From contig OX597815.1 in the NCBI GenBank assembly GCA_951406725.2, forward strand, positions 170,748,001 to 170,812,000: a stretch of 64,000 nt of DNA, read 5' to 3'. Of this stretch, positions 12,891 to 27,305 are shown one piece after another. The DNA is from Octopus vulgaris. Lineage: Eukaryota. The notes below the pieces were generated by a model that saw nothing but the letters and a program-made list of their open reading frames with translations, had not been told where the DNA came from and searched no databases. How positions within the stretch are numbered: the stretch's first letter is position 1; each line of letters starts with the position of its first letter. Both the position numbers and the translations under genes were made by a program.

Positions 12891-14699
12891 GGTATGTATT
12901 CAGTTTATGCAGATTCGCATTGTTAAACTCCATGATAGATAACCTAGTGCCCACTGGGGGTTAAACACCCTTGTTTGTCCCCTCTATGTTTAGCCCCCTG
13001 TGAACAATAAAGAAATAGAGATATAACTTAGTCGGAGTATAAAAAATGATTGATTAATTTGGCAGTTGCACATGCCCGACCCCTCAAAGGTAATGTTACA
13101 TTAACATAGTTTCAAAGCAAGAGGCATTTACTTGGTCGATCAACGGATTGTGCATGATTATCACAATACTTCGGTTGCATATTTTCTACTTTTCAAGTCA
13201 CCATCAATAAGGTACACAACTGTCTTATACACAATGAGCTTGGTTGTGTGTAAAGAGTTATGATCTTTATATGCCAGGTTTTTATATACCAGTTTCTTGC
13301 CAAGTAACAGGAAGAAGGCAATCTTAACACCGTTTAAAAATATTTGTGATATGTATGGGTTGCTATGTTGTAGTTTCCAGTGTTGTATTTTCAATCCTAA
13401 TGCGATTATTTGTTACTTAAAACTTTTGTCAGTGTTATTTAAGTTAATGAGGTTAAAGGTGGACTTAAAGATGCACTAGTTGAAGGCCTTTAAGAAAATG
13501 ATTATGAGGAAATTAGAATGTTGCTGTATCGAAATGAGCATGAATGGATTAGGGCTGAAGGTGTAAGGAAGAACGAAGCAATATAAAAGTAGTGGGGTTT
13601 TAAATACCTATTAGTGGATGACACTTGAAGAGAAAATTCAAGGGTGCAATTTACAGGTAAATTGTTCATTATCGATTCACTCTACTGTATAGAATCATGC
13701 ATGCAATTGTAATGATTTGAAATTATGAACAAGTGTGACAGCGTTATAAATTGTTGTAGTTTCAGGAATGTGTATTACTGGATTAAAAGAAACGGAGCTT
13801 TTATAAGGGCTGCGGTCGTTTCCGATAACTACTTAAGTATTTAACAACTGAAATAAAGAAATCTTCGATATTGTAACCGGCTTCAACAATAAATGATTTT
13901 GAAATTTTGTATTCAAGGATATGATTAAATATAACCTCACTTCTACTCGGTAAGCAACGCTATAAATACCGTGAATAAAGTAAGTGTAATCTAGGTAGTC
14001 TACACCTCCTATTTCATCAAATGCTAAGTCTGATTATTCTAAGAAAAACTTGCTAATCACTTGCTAGTCAATAAAAACAATTTAAAATGAGATTCAGTTT
14101 ATACTATTAGCATAAAAGCTTAGTAACTTCTACACCAACTAAATCAGCTTAAGCAGACGTACAAACACATACTATGAACCAGTCATGCAAAACTGACGCA
14201 ATTAGATATGAAATAGAAATTACAATCGCCAGTTAAGATTCCAACCCAATGTGCAAGCTCTATGCTTGTTTAGTGGAGAGAAATTGAAACAGCGATTCTT
14301 CAAACAATATTACTCCTTCAAAAATACAGATAACAGTAACACAGTAAACTAAACAAATATATCTGAAATTTGTAACTGATTTTAACACAAATTAGAAAAT
14401 GTTTATGTGGTACAGAGTATACAGAAATGTGAAGGAAAGTTGCGTCGTAAGTATAGTTGAGAAAAGCCTCAAAATCAGTAATCTAAATGATAAATTTGCA
14501 AGTAACCATAACATCAGATCAATGATCTTTGACAAGTATCTTATGAAATAAGATACTTCATAAGATATCACGATCTACTTGATCAGACAAGTAATTAACA
14601 ACTTTCAAGGAGCAATCACTTTGCCATTGCATTTATTTTTCATTTGCAATCTAATTGTACTAGTTAAAATTATTGCCGACTGATTTTTTGGCAAAGGCG

Positions 14700-15102
14700 G
14701 AGCAGGGATCTTTGATAACTCATGGATGGTGATTCGACGATTTCCTCTCATAGATGCACCCAGAACTTTCGTCAAAATCGAAATTTTTTTCGCAATCTTG
14801 GAATCTTCTGAATCACTCTTGCATTTGCAAGCGGCTTATACAACTCCTCTCCATACACTTCCTGCAACATCTGAGCAGGTATCGCCATGACACTTTTCTC
14901 TGTCATAGTCAATGCGATGATCATACGCTACACACCTTCCTTCCAAACACTTCTGTAAACAGCGGAAATAAGTTAAAGCGTTAAAACCTAGTGCGCATGC
15001 ACAGCAGAGTACAAGGTCAATCTTTGGCAAGCGGCTTCAGACTGCGTGCTTCAGCTTTGTTACTATGGCAACAGTCCAGATACTTATTGATCGGACCTCG
15101 TA
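14700..15102 (-). mobile_element. Tc1/mariner 5' fragment
   Basis: Minus strand starts TA-CGAGGTCCGATCAATAAGT (mariner-type TIR plus TA). Downstream residues QMLQEVYGEE and NRRITIHE resemble the transposase N-terminal HTH region. Confidence 0.7.
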
Positions 15103-16423
15103 TATAAATATATGTACGTACTCATGTATGTATGTATGTATGTATGTATGTATGTATGTATGTATGTATGTATGTATGTATGTATGTATGTATATATGTA
15201 TGTATGCATGCATGCATACATGTATGTATTGTTTACTTAATGACAAGCCATCTAAGGCATAAATTTGCATGAAATAATAATGCTTCTGTCCCTAACAGTG
15301 ACATTTTGTTCAGTTTGCCGGCTAAATGCGACATCGCTGACCTTTCAATTACTGTTTAACTATATCAGTTAGCAGCTATGTTCGCTTGATATATTTGCTA
15401 TCGATGATGTTAAAAAGAGCAGAAATCTGGACCTAGCCCAACTGGACGATCTTAGTGAGCTGCTGACGTAATTCTGTGTTTTTCGCATTATGTGTCTATA
15501 AGAGATGTTTTCTTGAGACGAACACCGCTGTTTAGAAGGATTCCTACAGTTAATTACGTACATATATTCTGATCGCTGACTTGAACTAACGCTACTTTTG
15601 TCGGTAATACTAAGTAAATATTGAAATTTCGGTGTCCACCACGATATTAGCCTCCTGATATATATGTTAGATTCCGTACTATGGAATCTAACATATGGTG
15701 TAGATTGTTGAGTGGGGTGCTTAATTCTTTTACATTTTCTAGGGATTTGGTCGACATTAGGAAACAATCAGCGAGGTATCTTTTTCATGTGTCCTCTATA
15801 TGTCTTTCAAAGATCATGCCGTAGTTCTCTTCATTTTTTTAAATGTAGGTTTTGTTCCAATTATCCCAATACTGAGTTCGTAAAAAATGGAGCAAATCGT
15901 GTCCCCATAGCTAGGCCTGGAATTTGTTGTTTTTTTTTCGTTGAAAAGGAATGTTTTGTTTTCGAGGATGAGGCTGACTACGTCTAGTCAGAAGGTTACA
16001 GTAAATCTACAGGGGATCGCTTCTCTACGTTTCTCGACCCAATATTTTATGACAGTAAGTCCCAAATCATGTGGAATATTTGTATATAAGTTTGTTGTTA
16101 GAAGGTTGTCGTTATAGTACTTGAGGTTTCGAATATCGGCGCCAAGACAACGATACATTCCCGTCGGCTATTAACGGCAACAGACGCTATGAAAAAACCG
16201 TTGAATAAAAGGGAAGTTACTCTAATATAGAGAAAAATAAAAAGACCAAAGATGAAGGAATAAATGCAACTATATTCTCACAATACATAGACATAAACCT
16301 CCTGCGTGCACAACATCCACATACCTACACATTCACACAAACATGAATATGTACATGCACATATACGCATACAAACATATATTTATGAAAATCATACGTA
16401 CATATCCACGCATATACGCACAC

Positions 16424-16458
<35 letters not shown>

Positions 16459-16534
16459 CACATATGTGTATGTGTACGCAACCTCATCCTTATATAAACA
16501 TGTACATATATGAATATACGTATTATATATAGAG

Positions 16535-16789
16535 AGAGGCTATGAGAGGTAATGGTGCCGGAGACGGTGTGAGAAAATGGTTAGGTAATAATTAATTTAG
16601 ATAAGGCATGAAATATGCAATATCCCTGCATATCTCACATGTATTTTCATTCCTCCACTTCACTCTCTATTTCATATTTTCACACACCGTCTCCGCTGAA
16701 GGAATATAAAAAATATTCCGGAGACATCTCTAAGACCTATTTATAAATGTTCTAAAATCTTCAGAGCCTTGGTATTTTATCTCATTCTG

Positions 16790-16790
<1 letters not shown>
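16535..16790 (+). mobile_element. Short structured element with a decayed type I hammerhead motif
   Basis: GTCT-CCGCTGA-A-GGAATAT/ATATTCC-G-GAGA-CATCTC-TA-AGAC (16689-16736). 13-bp inverted repeat at 16559-16571 / 16683-16695. Bounded by TA/GA tracts. Confidence 0.55.
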
Positions 16791-16833
<43 letters not shown>

Positions 16834-16899
16834 GCAAACATACATATATATATATATATACACACATACATATACATACACACGCGCGCGCGCGTGCAA

Positions 16900-16933
<34 letters not shown>

Positions 16934-17031
16934 ATATATAAAACAGGCATTTTCGTTTAGAATGCTATGTCTACCGAGTTCGATAAGCAAGCGTTCCCGC
17001 AAATATTTCCGGACTTGCGCCAATACTTGAA

Positions 17032-17073
<42 letters not shown>

Positions 17074-18515
17074 ATATATAGTTTGACAGATAAAGATGGA
17101 TAGATCGTTGCTGTAAACTGAGTGGATAATTTAGCTATTATATAAGCAAAATCACACACACGCACACACACCCTCTTGTTCATCATACACACTCACGCTC
17201 ACACTAATACACTCATGCAAATACATACACACAGGTCTTATTCTGCTCACGTGAACTGAAAATGGACTCCTTCATCTTAGTTTTCCACTGTAATAAAGAC
17301 AACCATATTCGTTTGTAATTATATTTTGTTCTGTTGTAGCTTATGAAACAAAAAAAGGAATAATACCCGCTGAATATGTTTATATTTGTTTAGTAATATT
17401 AATAACCAAGAGAATTGAATTCTACCCAAACTGTACAGGGGTTAATGTTGTTTTCTATATTGGAAATTCGAGGACAAGAATGGCATGTCTGCCGGGAAAT
17501 AACAGCTGTGCTTGGTAATTCCACTAAGACTGACGATGTAGGGTTTGTCTTGCCTCTAATTATGTCCCGTTGCAGAACAAATAATCACTGAGTTGTATGA
17601 TTTGCGAATTCTATCGATCAAATAGGTTTCTTTCGCACATCTCTTTCAGATGTGGTGGTTATGTTTCTTACTTTTGTTCTCGCTGTAAATATTGCTGTTA
17701 ACAACCTCATCATTATAATTTTAGAATACACGCGGACCTGCATATAACGAACTTGAACAATGACAGAAATAAATAAACAAACAAAATCTAAATTAGAAGC
17801 TACAAGAATGTCATTAAAGGATGGAAACGAACTCTCATTAAACTGCTTCACGCAGCGTTTCAATTTATATCAAGTTTCTGATGTCAATTTCTTGTTCTTT
17901 TTATTTTATGTATGATGATAACGAGGTCATTTTTGTTTGGTAAGAATATCATATCATAGCATAACAATTTGTTATTTTGTATGTTTTGGTGATATTGTTA
18001 TCGATGTATTTTTTTTTTTTTCATTGTCACGTATGGAATAACTATTTATTATATAGTTAGCAAGGCCTGAATTTATAAGGAACTGCAAAAGATTTAGTGT
18101 GATGATCACGCTTACTCCAAAGTTAATTAGCAATGTAGTTTCAGCGAAAAGACTACAATTAGAATGAAACCCAAGACAGGTATTCGGTTTGCCGCAAGCT
18201 TTCATTTATGCTACATCACTTGCAACAGCTAAAGACCATATAATCAAGTGAAGGCTGAAAAGGTCGACCGCACTTCCTCACTCCGTCCAGCAATCCCCAC
18301 TGGCAGACAGCGACAATTTAGCGAGCCATCAATGCAAATGTTGATAGATGGATCATGTGAATAGCGAAATGCGTCCCTTCCCCGAGAAACAAAATAATCG
18401 GAGTCTTAATCTTGTCAAATAAATCTAGGATAAATCACAATGTTGCAGATATTTAAATAAATAGCAGTGCATGCATTCGTCACCACTGCTAACATTTCAG
18501 AAATAGCTTTATCTG

Positions 18516-18750
18516 GCGAGCTGGCAGAAACGATAGCACGCCGGGCGAAATACTTAGCAGTATTTCGTCTGCTGCTACGTTCTGAGTTCAAATTCCGCCG
18601 AGGTCGACTTTGCCTTTTATCCTTTCGGGGTCGATTAAATAAGTGCCAGTTACGCACTGGGGTTGATGTAATCGACATAATCCGTTTGTCTGTCCTTTTT
18701 TTTTGTCCCCTCTATGTTTAGCCCTTGTGGGCAATAAAGAAATAAGAAAT
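18516..18750 (+). mobile_element. SINE family A
   Basis: GGCGAGCTGGCAGAA..GAGTTCAAATTCC (Pol III box-like) plus the shared body and CCCCT..GTTTAGCCC tail. Confidence 0.9.
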
Positions 18751-19249
18751 AGCTTCATTTTGATCCATTTCTGTGTGAGACTGATCTTTTTGGACCTACT
18801 TTCGATTCATTAACTATCTAAAAAACTGACATGAATCTGTCGCCATGAATTCTAACAGGTGTGTCAATGTGGTGATCAATATTGCTGGCTGGCATGAACT
18901 TAACCTTTTCAGATGCCGAATTGCTAACACTCTGACTTCTTCTGATCAAAGCGTGGTCGTGTTACTATCAGGTATTCCTTCACTATGGTACCCGCATCGA
19001 TACGATTATGTCATCCATGACTACAGGCGCCTTACACATTGGACGACAGGTTTCAGTAGCTGAATATTTTATCAAAACTACCGAGATATCACTTTTCACT
19101 GAATGTGCTTCATCTCCTGAGATCGAAACCTGCGTTTGAGGACATTCGCCAAGTACCTATAGTGAACGCAATGGAAAACTTTGGATTAATCCAAGTGTAA
19201 TAGGGACCCACCAAACATAGCATAAATGAAAGCTTGCGACAAACCGAAT

Positions 19250-19545
19250 AGGTCGATAAAATAAAGCACCAGTCAATTTATGGGGTTGATGTAATCAACT
19301 TGTCCCTATATCGTGAATTTGTGGCTTTATGTTTATGTTAGAAGCATTTATAAGAGAGACTATGGTTTGGCCGAATATCCGGTAGGATGTTTTGATTTAA
19401 TTGTTGTGACTTTACGTCATGTAGCAGAGATCAGATGTCGAAGCCGCAAAGATCGATTCGCACCTCGCCAACCCTTTCTTGTCATAAATGCCGTTGGCTC
19501 TTCTAAACCACCTTAACCTGAACAACCACCCCAGGTACCGGCACT
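19250..19545 (+). repeat. 296-bp inverted duplication, left copy
   Basis: Reverse complement of 21699-21994 with about 4 mismatches; near-identical ORFs at 19313 (+) and 21728 (-). Confidence 0.95.
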
Positions 19546-20839
19546 ATTTACATTATATTATTTGACGTGGAGTATGTTTTGTAGAGATCTGCCAGGAAAG
19601 CTGCAGGTTTGCACGCTAAAGAGCACTCTGTTCACAAGAAATGCCAACCTCTTCCCAAGCATCTTCACAAAACTCTTAAATCTCATGATCAAGTGAATTA
19701 GGTAATGGTGAGTGTCAATATTTGCATTCTTTGTCATCTCTCAGCAGCGTCACCAAACCCTGACTCAAAGAATTGGGTATGTTTTCTCTGTGCTGCCTGT
19801 CGTGAAAGTTACCTGCCAAAAGAAGGGCAAAAAGCTCGGTATGTATCTATAAAACTTGCCAGTCGAACCAACTCAGATGATTTTCCCGTTACAGAGCCAC
19901 TTAAGCGCAACTAAACATTAATACAACTAATCCACATACATTTTAGAGAAGCGCAGCTGGAATATGATTAACACCATGAAATCAAATATTAGGTTTTTAT
20001 CATTGTCCGTCAAATGTTTAACTGTGGCTATGTTGTTCGTCATGTTAGAGCAAAGAAAATTAATTCTGGTATCACAAGTGTGGTATTGCACATTGAGAAA
20101 ATGATAGTGCGTCAGTTCAAATGCCGGCACATTAGTATCATTATTTTCTCTAATCTCTCCCCTTTAATCCACTGATTAGTGTCTTTCTGATCTAACGTTC
20201 TCCATAACTACTTATGTGGTACAGATTCTGCACACAGTTCAAAAGTAGTCCTACAAAGTGTAAACTTTATCCTACGCCAGAGACCTGGAGTTCCATATCA
20301 CAACTCATACAGTAAATTCCATTCGTATCAACTATATAACACAGAATATAAAACCATCAGTTAATAAAATACGGGAGCTCATGCTCTTACATATTCAACA
20401 TCCAATGATACAAATCATCCTTCCCACCACTAACAATTCACACAACGTAAATTTTATTCAATTTACAGCTGATAGTATGACAAAAGTCGCAAAACATATA
20501 CACTACGAACTTACCCTTTCAAACACATATTGGAATTCACGCACCAGGTACGAAACACAATGATCATCGTCAAATATTACACAATTGGCATTCCAATAGT
20601 CAAGAATTCAAAGACACGAAACACGATACTAAAAAAATACATAAATAAACAACGCCACAACAATTCAAACCTGTTGTAGCATTTGACCACAATTCTGCAT
20701 CTCCCACCACCAAAAATATACAAACAATACGAAAAATGACTCGCAAATGCGCAGATGCAACTGACACAGTAGAAATTCACACGAAACCTTTAAAAACTTT
20801 ATGATGATATTTTTTTTAAGTTCAGCAAAATACCTGTAG

Positions 20840-21612
20840 TTTTGACGAGAAGGGGAAAGTCGAATAAATGAACCCTTCCATCAAGTACTTCACTGTGACG
20901 TATTTTAATAATCAACCGAAGTTGATCTTAGCGGGATTTGAACTCAGAATGTAAAGAATAGGAACAAAATACCGTTGAAGATTTTGAGCACTAATGATTC
21001 TAATTTTGGTTCAAGAGCAGCAATTTTAGGGTAGGGAGATGGTCACTTAAACAACTCTAAAGTTCAATTCGACCTCAGAAAAATGAAAGGCGAATTCGAC
21101 CTTAGCGGGATATAAATGCAGATCTTTATATACTCAAAGAAATACTACAGATCCTTTCCCGACATTCTAACGATTCTGTCAATCTGCCAACCTGGTAATG
21201 GTTTCTGATTTTGGCAGAAGACTAGCAATTTAAATGGGAAGGAAAATGGATTCAGTTTTTCCTTCAAAGTTTCTGGCCTGGTTATTAAATCAGCGACCGG
21301 TAGAATCGTTACGCAATCGGAAACATTTCTTTGTGGCATTACTTCCGAGACTTTAAGTTCTGAGTTCAAATCGCGCCGATATTAGTTAGTCATGTAATGG
21401 AGTCAATGCTGTCCACTAAACCCCCTCCTTTCAAATTAACTAACCTTCCGCCAAGATTAGAATCAATGCAAATGTATTCTAATTTTAGCACAAAACCAGC
21501 ACTTTTGGAGAGTGGAGGTTAGTCGATACCATCGACCCTAATTTTGACAGAGACTTAATTTTAATGACGTGGAGAGAAATGCCAAGTAGAACACGGCGGG
21601 ATTTGAACTCGA
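20840..21612. mobile_element. Cluster of decayed SINE family A fragments in both orientations
   Basis: Repeated GGATTTGAACTCAGAA / TTCTGAGTTCAAAT and TCGACCC motifs. Confidence 0.65.
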
Positions 21613-21698
21613 AAGATCGTCGTTGCCGTCGTTAACTTGTGTCCTAGTAGATAATCTCTAGTGAGTGATTAAGCTTCTTCATCCTAATGGGTGCGAAG

Positions 21699-21994
21699 AG
21701 TGCCGGTACCTGGGGTGGTTGTTCAGGTTAAGATGGTTTAGAAGAGCCAACGGCATTTATGACAAGAAAGGGTTGGCGAGGTGCGAATCGATCTTTGCGG
21801 CTTCGACATCTGATCTCTGCTACATGACGTAAAGTCACAACAAGTAAATCAAAACATCCTACCGGATATTCGGCCAAACCATAGTCTCTCTTATAAATGC
21901 TTCTAACATAAACAGAAAGCCACAAATTCACGATATAGGGGCAAGTTGATTACATCAACCCCATAAATTGACTGGTGCTTTATTTTATCGACCT
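21699..21994 (-). repeat. 296-bp inverted duplication, right copy
   Basis: Partner of 19250-19545. The SINE sequence it contains continues past 21994 on this side only. Confidence 0.95.
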
Positions 21995-23019
21995 TGGATA
22001 GATGAAATAGAAAGTTTACGTTGATAGGATTTGAACTCAAAAAATAAAGTGCCGGAATAAATATCGACGCTCAAACAATTCTGACAATCCAATAACACTA
22101 ACTGTTATAACGCATACTAACAATGTCGACATATTTTCCCATATCATGCTCATCAATTTGATTATCATAATCCCCCGTTAATTCACAGTTACATTTTAAA
22201 TGTATACCTATGTGCAAGCCTAATTTACCGAGTATCTGGAAATGTTGGCATGATGATTTCATCCCAATAGTTCAACAAAAGTAACTACACGTTTCTCACA
22301 TCTTGCTATCCATGATTGAGAGACCATTAAACCCATCAAGTGCTTACTAGTTTCGAGGTTTGCAATCTCATATTGACCGTAAGCTGTCATCAACGGAAAC
22401 CTAAAAATTACCGATGTAATCATGGTAAAATTACCCTTAACAACGACATTTAACAATTGATTGATTCCATTATTCGATAAATATTGATAACATAACTGCG
22501 GTATTTCCTTTCCTATTTCGAAGAGTTAATTACGGTAGAGTTGTCCTTTATAAATTACATCGTGTTCAATAACACCTGACGAACTCAAATAGATTAAGAA
22601 TGATAATATCGTTAATGTCATACACCTTCAAAAATATTTAAATTAAAAATATAATGTAATGCATTTTAAATATTAATTTCCCTCAAACAACCAGGAGTGT
22701 TTTTTTGTGAAGTTTTTCGATTTTCTATTATCGAAATTTCAACGTTTTATCTCAAACCAATCGTGTAGCTGTTCACCCTGTTCATTTTATCCCAAATTTC
22801 CTTTTTATTTTCCCAATACTGTTTTAATTATAATTCGTCACTCATTTTTTTCTTTCTCTCATTTTCCACTCAAACTACACTAAATGATGATAAAGAATAT
22901 AAAAGAAAAACAGCGTTTTCCTTATACTGAAAATAACAATACTCTGTGGTTTCCCTATACTAAATCTCCACCTTCATCGAATTCTAAATAATCATCCACC
23001 AACTTCTAGTATCATTGTT

Positions 23020-23220
23020 TTCAAATTTTGGCTCAAGGCCAGCAAGTTCCTGGGAGGTGGAAAGTCGATTACATCGACTCCAGTGCTCAACTGGTACTTA
23101 TTTTATCGATCCCGAAAGGATAAAAGGCGCAGTCGACCTGGGTGAAATTTGAACTCAGAACGTAAAGGCGCACGAAATGCCGCTATGCATTTCGCCCGGC
23201 GTGCCATCGATTCTCCGAGC
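23020..23220 (-). mobile_element. SINE family A
   Basis: GTCGATTACATCGAC..CTGGTACTTATTTTATCG..TTTGAACTCAGAACGT. Confidence 0.85.
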
Positions 23221-24721
23221 TCAATATCATTAACAATATTTTTCGATTCCTTTCGATTCCTTTTCGATTACATTTCATTCCTGCATTTTCTGTTTTTCGT
23301 TTGTTCCGTGACTTAACCTTATCATCATCATCATCCTCATCAGCAGTAGCAGCCCTATAATTTCTACTCCTCTCTGCACACCAATTCACTACACTTGCAT
23401 ACATACTTACATACATATAATATCCCTCAAGTACACCTCTTTTCAACCTATGAACATCTATTTCATTAATAATTTTCTTTTCTTTTCGGGTTTCTTCTAG
23501 CTCTTAACTAGTTCTACCTTCCAAGCATCTTCGATACTATATGGATGTACTCGTGTTCAAACCATTGATAGGGCCTTGAAATTCGAACAAACACTGGACG
23601 GACTACAAATTCTTTATGAGTGTAGCGAAGGTCTCCATCCCTTAGAAAACATCCATACATGCAACCAACATGTCAAAAAGCAATATTATCATCTTGTAAA
23701 TTGAAGACGTTAAAGACCCTGAAGAAATGCAAGAGATTAGAAGCATCAAGAAATCAACACAACGATCATACACGAAGGATGAACTGCATCAAAACGTTAT
23801 CGTGGAAACAGTTGAGAAACTATCAGCTTTCCAAACGAGATCAATATTCATTTGACGATAGTATCGAAGTAGTTTCGGGACTCATCAATGCAAAAGGAGA
23901 AATTCTTTGAACAAGATCCAGCAATCGATACAAAGAAGACCTTCAGGGATTCTGAAAAACAGCCGATGATTCCAGTATCCTCAAAGTCCTTGATGTGCTG
24001 CGAACAAACTCTCAGCGCAATTTTAAACAGTAATTCCTGCACTGAAATTCTTTGTACGAAATATACCTCAGCAATTCAGTTTTACACTTAGGATGAATTA
24101 CATAAAGCCTATACTGCTGAAACATCAAGAAACTTGACAGCTTTTATCATCAGAATTTTCTACCTTGCGACTCTTGCCACTGTGATCTACAGACAAAACC
24201 TCTTACAACGCAGTAATCTTATATCTGTTAGTGTGGATGTAAACATTTGTTTGTATATCTATTCATTGCTTTGTTTATGTCATTTGTTGAGTGGATTCAT
24301 TTTCTGGTTACATGTTTTAAAAATCTGTGGTTTATTTTCAATTAATTTGTTAGTGAAAGGCATGTTTCGGTGATTGCATTTTGATTATTGATGTTTTTCT
24401 GTTCTATTATTTACTTGTTTGAGTGTTTGCATTGTTTTGTGGTATCGTTTTATTAGAAACACGATATTAAAATAATATAAGCGTGCAAATGCAAATGAAG
24501 AAACCGAACAAAATACCAACAGCCGTGTGTTATATAAATGTGTTAAAGCTAATAATTCATAAAAGTTTATTGAATTTTGTGTGTATGGTATGTTAATTCT
24601 GTTGAGCAAAATATTTGGTTGAATTTGATTATCTTTGATGGTCTTTTGTAGGTTCTACCGCTACTTTTTTCTGTCAGAGCCAAGGCTATAGCAAGTTGTA
24701 TGGAAACGTATATGGCAATAT

Positions 24722-25027
24722 ATCACCACGATCACCGTGACCGACCAGGCTATCAGAAGTTGTTACACATCGCTGGTCACAATGCGCTTCGCATTGTTTT
24801 AGTCTGCAAAAATTGCCACCCAGATGGCTAAGCGAGCAGGCCAACAGAAGAAACAGAAAATTGTGGCGAAAGAGTGCAGCAAGGATCGCCACCACCCCCT
24901 GCCGGAGCCTCGTGGAGGTTTTAGGTGTTTTCGCTCAATAAACACTCACTACGCCCGGTCTGGGAATCGAAACCGCGATCCTACGACCGCGAGTCCGCTG
25001 CCCTAACCACTGGGCCATTGCACCTTC
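24722..25027 (-). mobile_element. SINE family C, tail type 1
   Basis: tRNA-like head TGGCCCAGTGGTTAGG..GGTTTCGATTCCC on the minus strand. Imperfect flanking duplication ATGGC(A/T)ATATA. Confidence 0.85.
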
Positions 25028-25778
25028 ACATGGCTATATATGTATATATTAATATTTCGCCTATCTTGTTTATCACATGTGATACACAAGACATATTCCT
25101 CTAATATCCATACATCATATATGATATAATATGATATAAATTTTTAGCAAAACCAAAGCTTTATGTAACACAGAACGTATGAAACAAGGGTTAACTAAAA
25201 GTCTGAAAACAAACATGGTCTTTTAGTATAAATTTATGTCTTCAAAGAGATTTGGTTTTGGGGTTATAATAAATAAGGAAGCATCGTACTGTGTTTTATT
25301 GATATTGATATTACTCTACTGCTTCTCATTACAGCATTCATCTCCTTGGATTCCAATAACCATACATATACTTCTAGAAATACAACGCATCACTAAATCA
25401 GCTTAATCAACCTAAGATGCCAAATTAAATCCACTAATTTTTCCTTTAGGTAAAAAGCACTCAAAATAAAATCTCTGATTATGATAAAATCTAGACATAA
25501 ACGACTTGAGACCTTGTTGCATCAGTGTTTATATCCAGTTCAAATAAACATCTCTTGGCAGGTTACCATCATCCAATATGCAGCACAATCTCTCCCGTTA
25601 TAACCGTTGGGTATAAACTAATCAACACTGTTCTGAGTTCCTCAGAGGAATCAAGCATTGTTTCTCATTTCAGGTCATTTCTTCTTGTTTTTCGGCTTTT
25701 TATCTGGCGCCATGCTTTTCTCTTCCTTGGTATTTTCCTTAGTATATTATCTCCTTTGGCATTATTTTCCTTCCCTCC

Positions 25779-25822
<44 letters not shown>

Positions 25823-26631
25823 TACACACACATGCACATACATACACACACACACACACAGCACCTAGATTTCATCCGCAGTAAATCCAATCCATCAATA
25901 TTTTCTAATCTCCTGTCACGCTTAAGCTACAAGAACCGATAGAGTTTCCAGTGTGCCAAACAATTTTTATCTGAAGACAGTCGTAGCCATTTGATCAATA
26001 ATTTCACGCATACATTACCAATTTCAATAATATTTATGAAAAATCTACGCTTTTGTTATCACAAACATCAGCGCTTCTACAAACGAACCGAAAGGATCTC
26101 TTATTTCTCTAATTTACATCCCATCAATAATATTTTCTTAGCGCAATGACGAAGACGTGTCCTTTTCTTTTATTGATCGAGAAAGTTTTTCCACACAAAG
26201 AAGACAATTATAATTAGTGCTATACTAAGAGTGCTTCATTAAAACCTAACATATTGTAGCTTGTCACAGACATGATAACGACAGCCAAAGAGATACTAAT
26301 GACACGCAATAGTAAATTAGTAGTCATTAGAGCAATGGTAAAAACTCTTAGCTGTATGTGTTCCAGCTCTGATCAAAGCCCTACGTGATCAGTATTGCCC
26401 TTTTTATCTTTTTCGGCGTCGATAGAAAATTTATAGTCCAGTAGGGGTACACTGGCAGAATTGTAAAAGGGTAAATGTAATTCGTGTATATTTACTCCGT
26501 GAAACCAAGTTTTCGGTTTGAGAATAAATTTCTCCGCGCCTTCAACCAAATTCGAAGGCTATGCAAAATCTATAGGGAGGTTGGAGTGCTTTTCCTTTGC
26601 TGTCTAAGTGGCATTTTATCTATACACACAA

Positions 26632-27110
26632 GGCGGTGAACTGGCAGAATAGTTAGCGCGCCAGACGAAATGCTTAGCTGTATTTCGTCTGCCGTTACGT
26701 TGTGAGTTCAAATACCGCCGAGGTCGACTTTACCTTTTATCCTTTCGGAGTCGATTAAATAAGTACCAGTTACGCACTGGGGTCGATGTAATCGACTTAA
26801 TACCTATGTCTGTCCTTGTTTGTCCCCTCTATGTTTAGCCCCTTGTGGGTAATAAAGAAATAGGTATTTCGTCTGCCGCTATGTTTGTCTGTCCTTGTTT
26901 GTCCTCTCTGTGTTTAGCCCCTTGTTGGTAGTAAGGAGATAGGTATTTCACCTGTCGATACGTTCTGAGTTCAAATTCCACTGAGGTCAACTTTACCTTT
27001 TATCCTTTTGGGGTCGATAAATTAAGTACCAGTGAAACATTGGGAATGATGTAACCGACTAGTCTCCTCCCATCAAATTTCTGGCCTTGTACCTATTATA
27101 TAAAGGATTA
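26632..27110 (+). mobile_element. SINE family A with internal tandem reiterations
   Basis: One full copy followed by repeated partial body/tail units (ATAGGTATTTC..). Confidence 0.88.
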
Positions 27111-27305
27111 TATCAAGACACACGCGCGCGCGTGAATATATACTGTATGTATGCTACTACTTTCCCTGTAATATCTATATTTAGCTAGCTACTATCATTG
27201 TTCTACAGATTTGTGCAATTGGCAAGCCTACAACACGAATATCAAAGCAGACATTTATATCTTATGCTTTCTGAGGACCCAGAGGCGGCGTAAACATATT
27301 TAGTA

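Noticed and set aside
13140-13870. Possible old LINE remnant (also the C/A-rich 20270-20790 and 40450-40670)
   Set aside because: Composition is suggestive, but no diagnostic motif could be read.
19313-21931. Twin 67-aa ORFs suggesting duplicated genes or transposon TIRs
   Set aside because: Explained by the inverted duplication. It starts inside a SINE, with no TSD or transposase between the copies.
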